Shown here: positions 63,701-64,000 of the stretch, piece after piece
How positions within the stretch are numbered: the stretch's first letter is position 1
Layout of the letters: each line of letters begins with the position of its first letter
Origin: a virus
Taxonomy: Duplodnaviria; Heunggongvirae; Uroviricota; Caudoviricetes
IMG/VR virus record: IMGVR_UViG_3300008108_000037
Coordinates: 68,002-132,001 of that record
Reading direction: 5' to 3' (one strand)
Length of the DNA: 64,000 nucleotides
Program-made: the position numbers and the translations under genes
The notes under the pieces: generated by a model
What the model saw: the letters and a program-made list of their open reading frames with translations, nothing else
What the model was told of the DNA's origin: nothing
Databases searched by the model: none

Positions 63701-64000
63701 AAACTTCTATATCTCCGTTTTTATAAACCTTCTTTATAGTTTTAATAGCTCCGCTATCTAATCTTACTTTTTGTCCGGTTTTAGGTAACTCCAATTCTCC
63801 GGATCCTCCCTCGGCATTTCCTGATCCTCCTTCACCTTCACCTTCTCCTTCACCTTCACCTTCTCCCTCGCCTTCTCCTTCACCTTCTCCCTCGCCTTCT
63901 CCCTCGCCTTCTCCTTCGCCTTCTCCTTCTCCTTCTCCTTCACCTTCTCCTTCACCTTCTCCCTCGCCTTCTCCCTCGCCTTCTCCTTCACCTTCTCCCT
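63701..64000 (-). CDS. Gly-Glu dipeptide-repeat protein, partial (N-terminus beyond window end); frame differs from ORF-track call 63764-63991
   Basis: Minus-strand frame reading ...GEGEGEGEGEGGSGNAEGGSGELELPKTGQKVRLDSGAIKTIKKVYKNGDIEV-stop ends at TAA 63701-63703, giving a TAATATG junction with the downstream VWA gene start at 63697; the track ORF (KEKAREKVKEK...) is the +1 frame of the same repeat. Confidence 0.35.

Noticed and set aside
63764-63991. ORF-track call MKEKAREKAREKVKEK...
   Set aside because: It is probably the wrong frame of the GAAGG repeat. The Gly-Glu frame ends at a TAA that directly abuts the downstream gene start. Retained only as an ambiguity in findings.

Overview
Low-GC (~30%) DNA that reads as part of a very large tailed bacteriophage (jumbo/huge phage) genome with a bacterial host, plausibly Bacteroidota. 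Evidence for phage on a bacterial host: bacterial-type tRNAs (type-II tRNA-Tyr, encoded G-1 on tRNA-His, initiator-type tRNA), a tmRNA, Bacteroidota-like signal peptides ending ...VFAQ/...LKAQ, a collagen-like tail fibre with a C-terminal S74 intramolecular-chaperone domain, and CHAP and glucosaminidase lysins. The window has three blocks. (i) 1-32431 is one uninterrupted minus-strand array of ~40 tightly packed genes, many with ATGA/TAATG stop-start overlaps. It encodes 5 radical SAM enzymes sharing an unusual N-terminal Cys/His-rich extension, 7 SGNH/GDSL-hydrolase paralogs, ~6-7 2OG-Fe(II) oxygenase/prolyl-4-hydroxylase-like paralogs, 2 tandem SET-domain paralogs, a sulfotransferase plus a PAPS-supply trio (APS kinase, small HxGH nucleotidyltransferase, DUF2061-like), a cupin-nucleotidyltransferase-kinase fusion, two GT7 (beta4GalT-like) glycosyltransferases fused to LamG lectin-like domains, a methyltransferase, and a protein ending in a Hint (intein-like) domain. 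This is the candidate undescribed system: a glycan and/or peptide tailoring megacluster (sulfation, hydroxylation, glycosylation, radical chemistry, O-acyl hydrolase/transferase). (ii) 32540-46036 is plus-strand: metallophosphoesterase, HAD, SPFH, GMP reductase, tmRNA, methyltransferase, initiator tRNA, a GT2-radical SAM fusion, Gfo/Idh/MocA dehydrogenase, ATP-grasp ligase, IscA/HesB Fe-S carrier, PAP2. (iii) 46154-64000 holds a 1567-aa proline-poor collagen-like (Gly-Ser/Thr-Ser) tail fibre, ~21 tRNAs in interspersed arrays preceded by two near-identical terminators, peptidoglycan hydrolases, UDP-galactopyranose mutase, a secreted non-specific nuclease, a VWA protein and a Gly-Glu repeat protein. 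No CRISPR array, transposase or integrase was recognised. All calls rest on motif reading of the supplied translations and manual folding of RNAs; no database search was possible.
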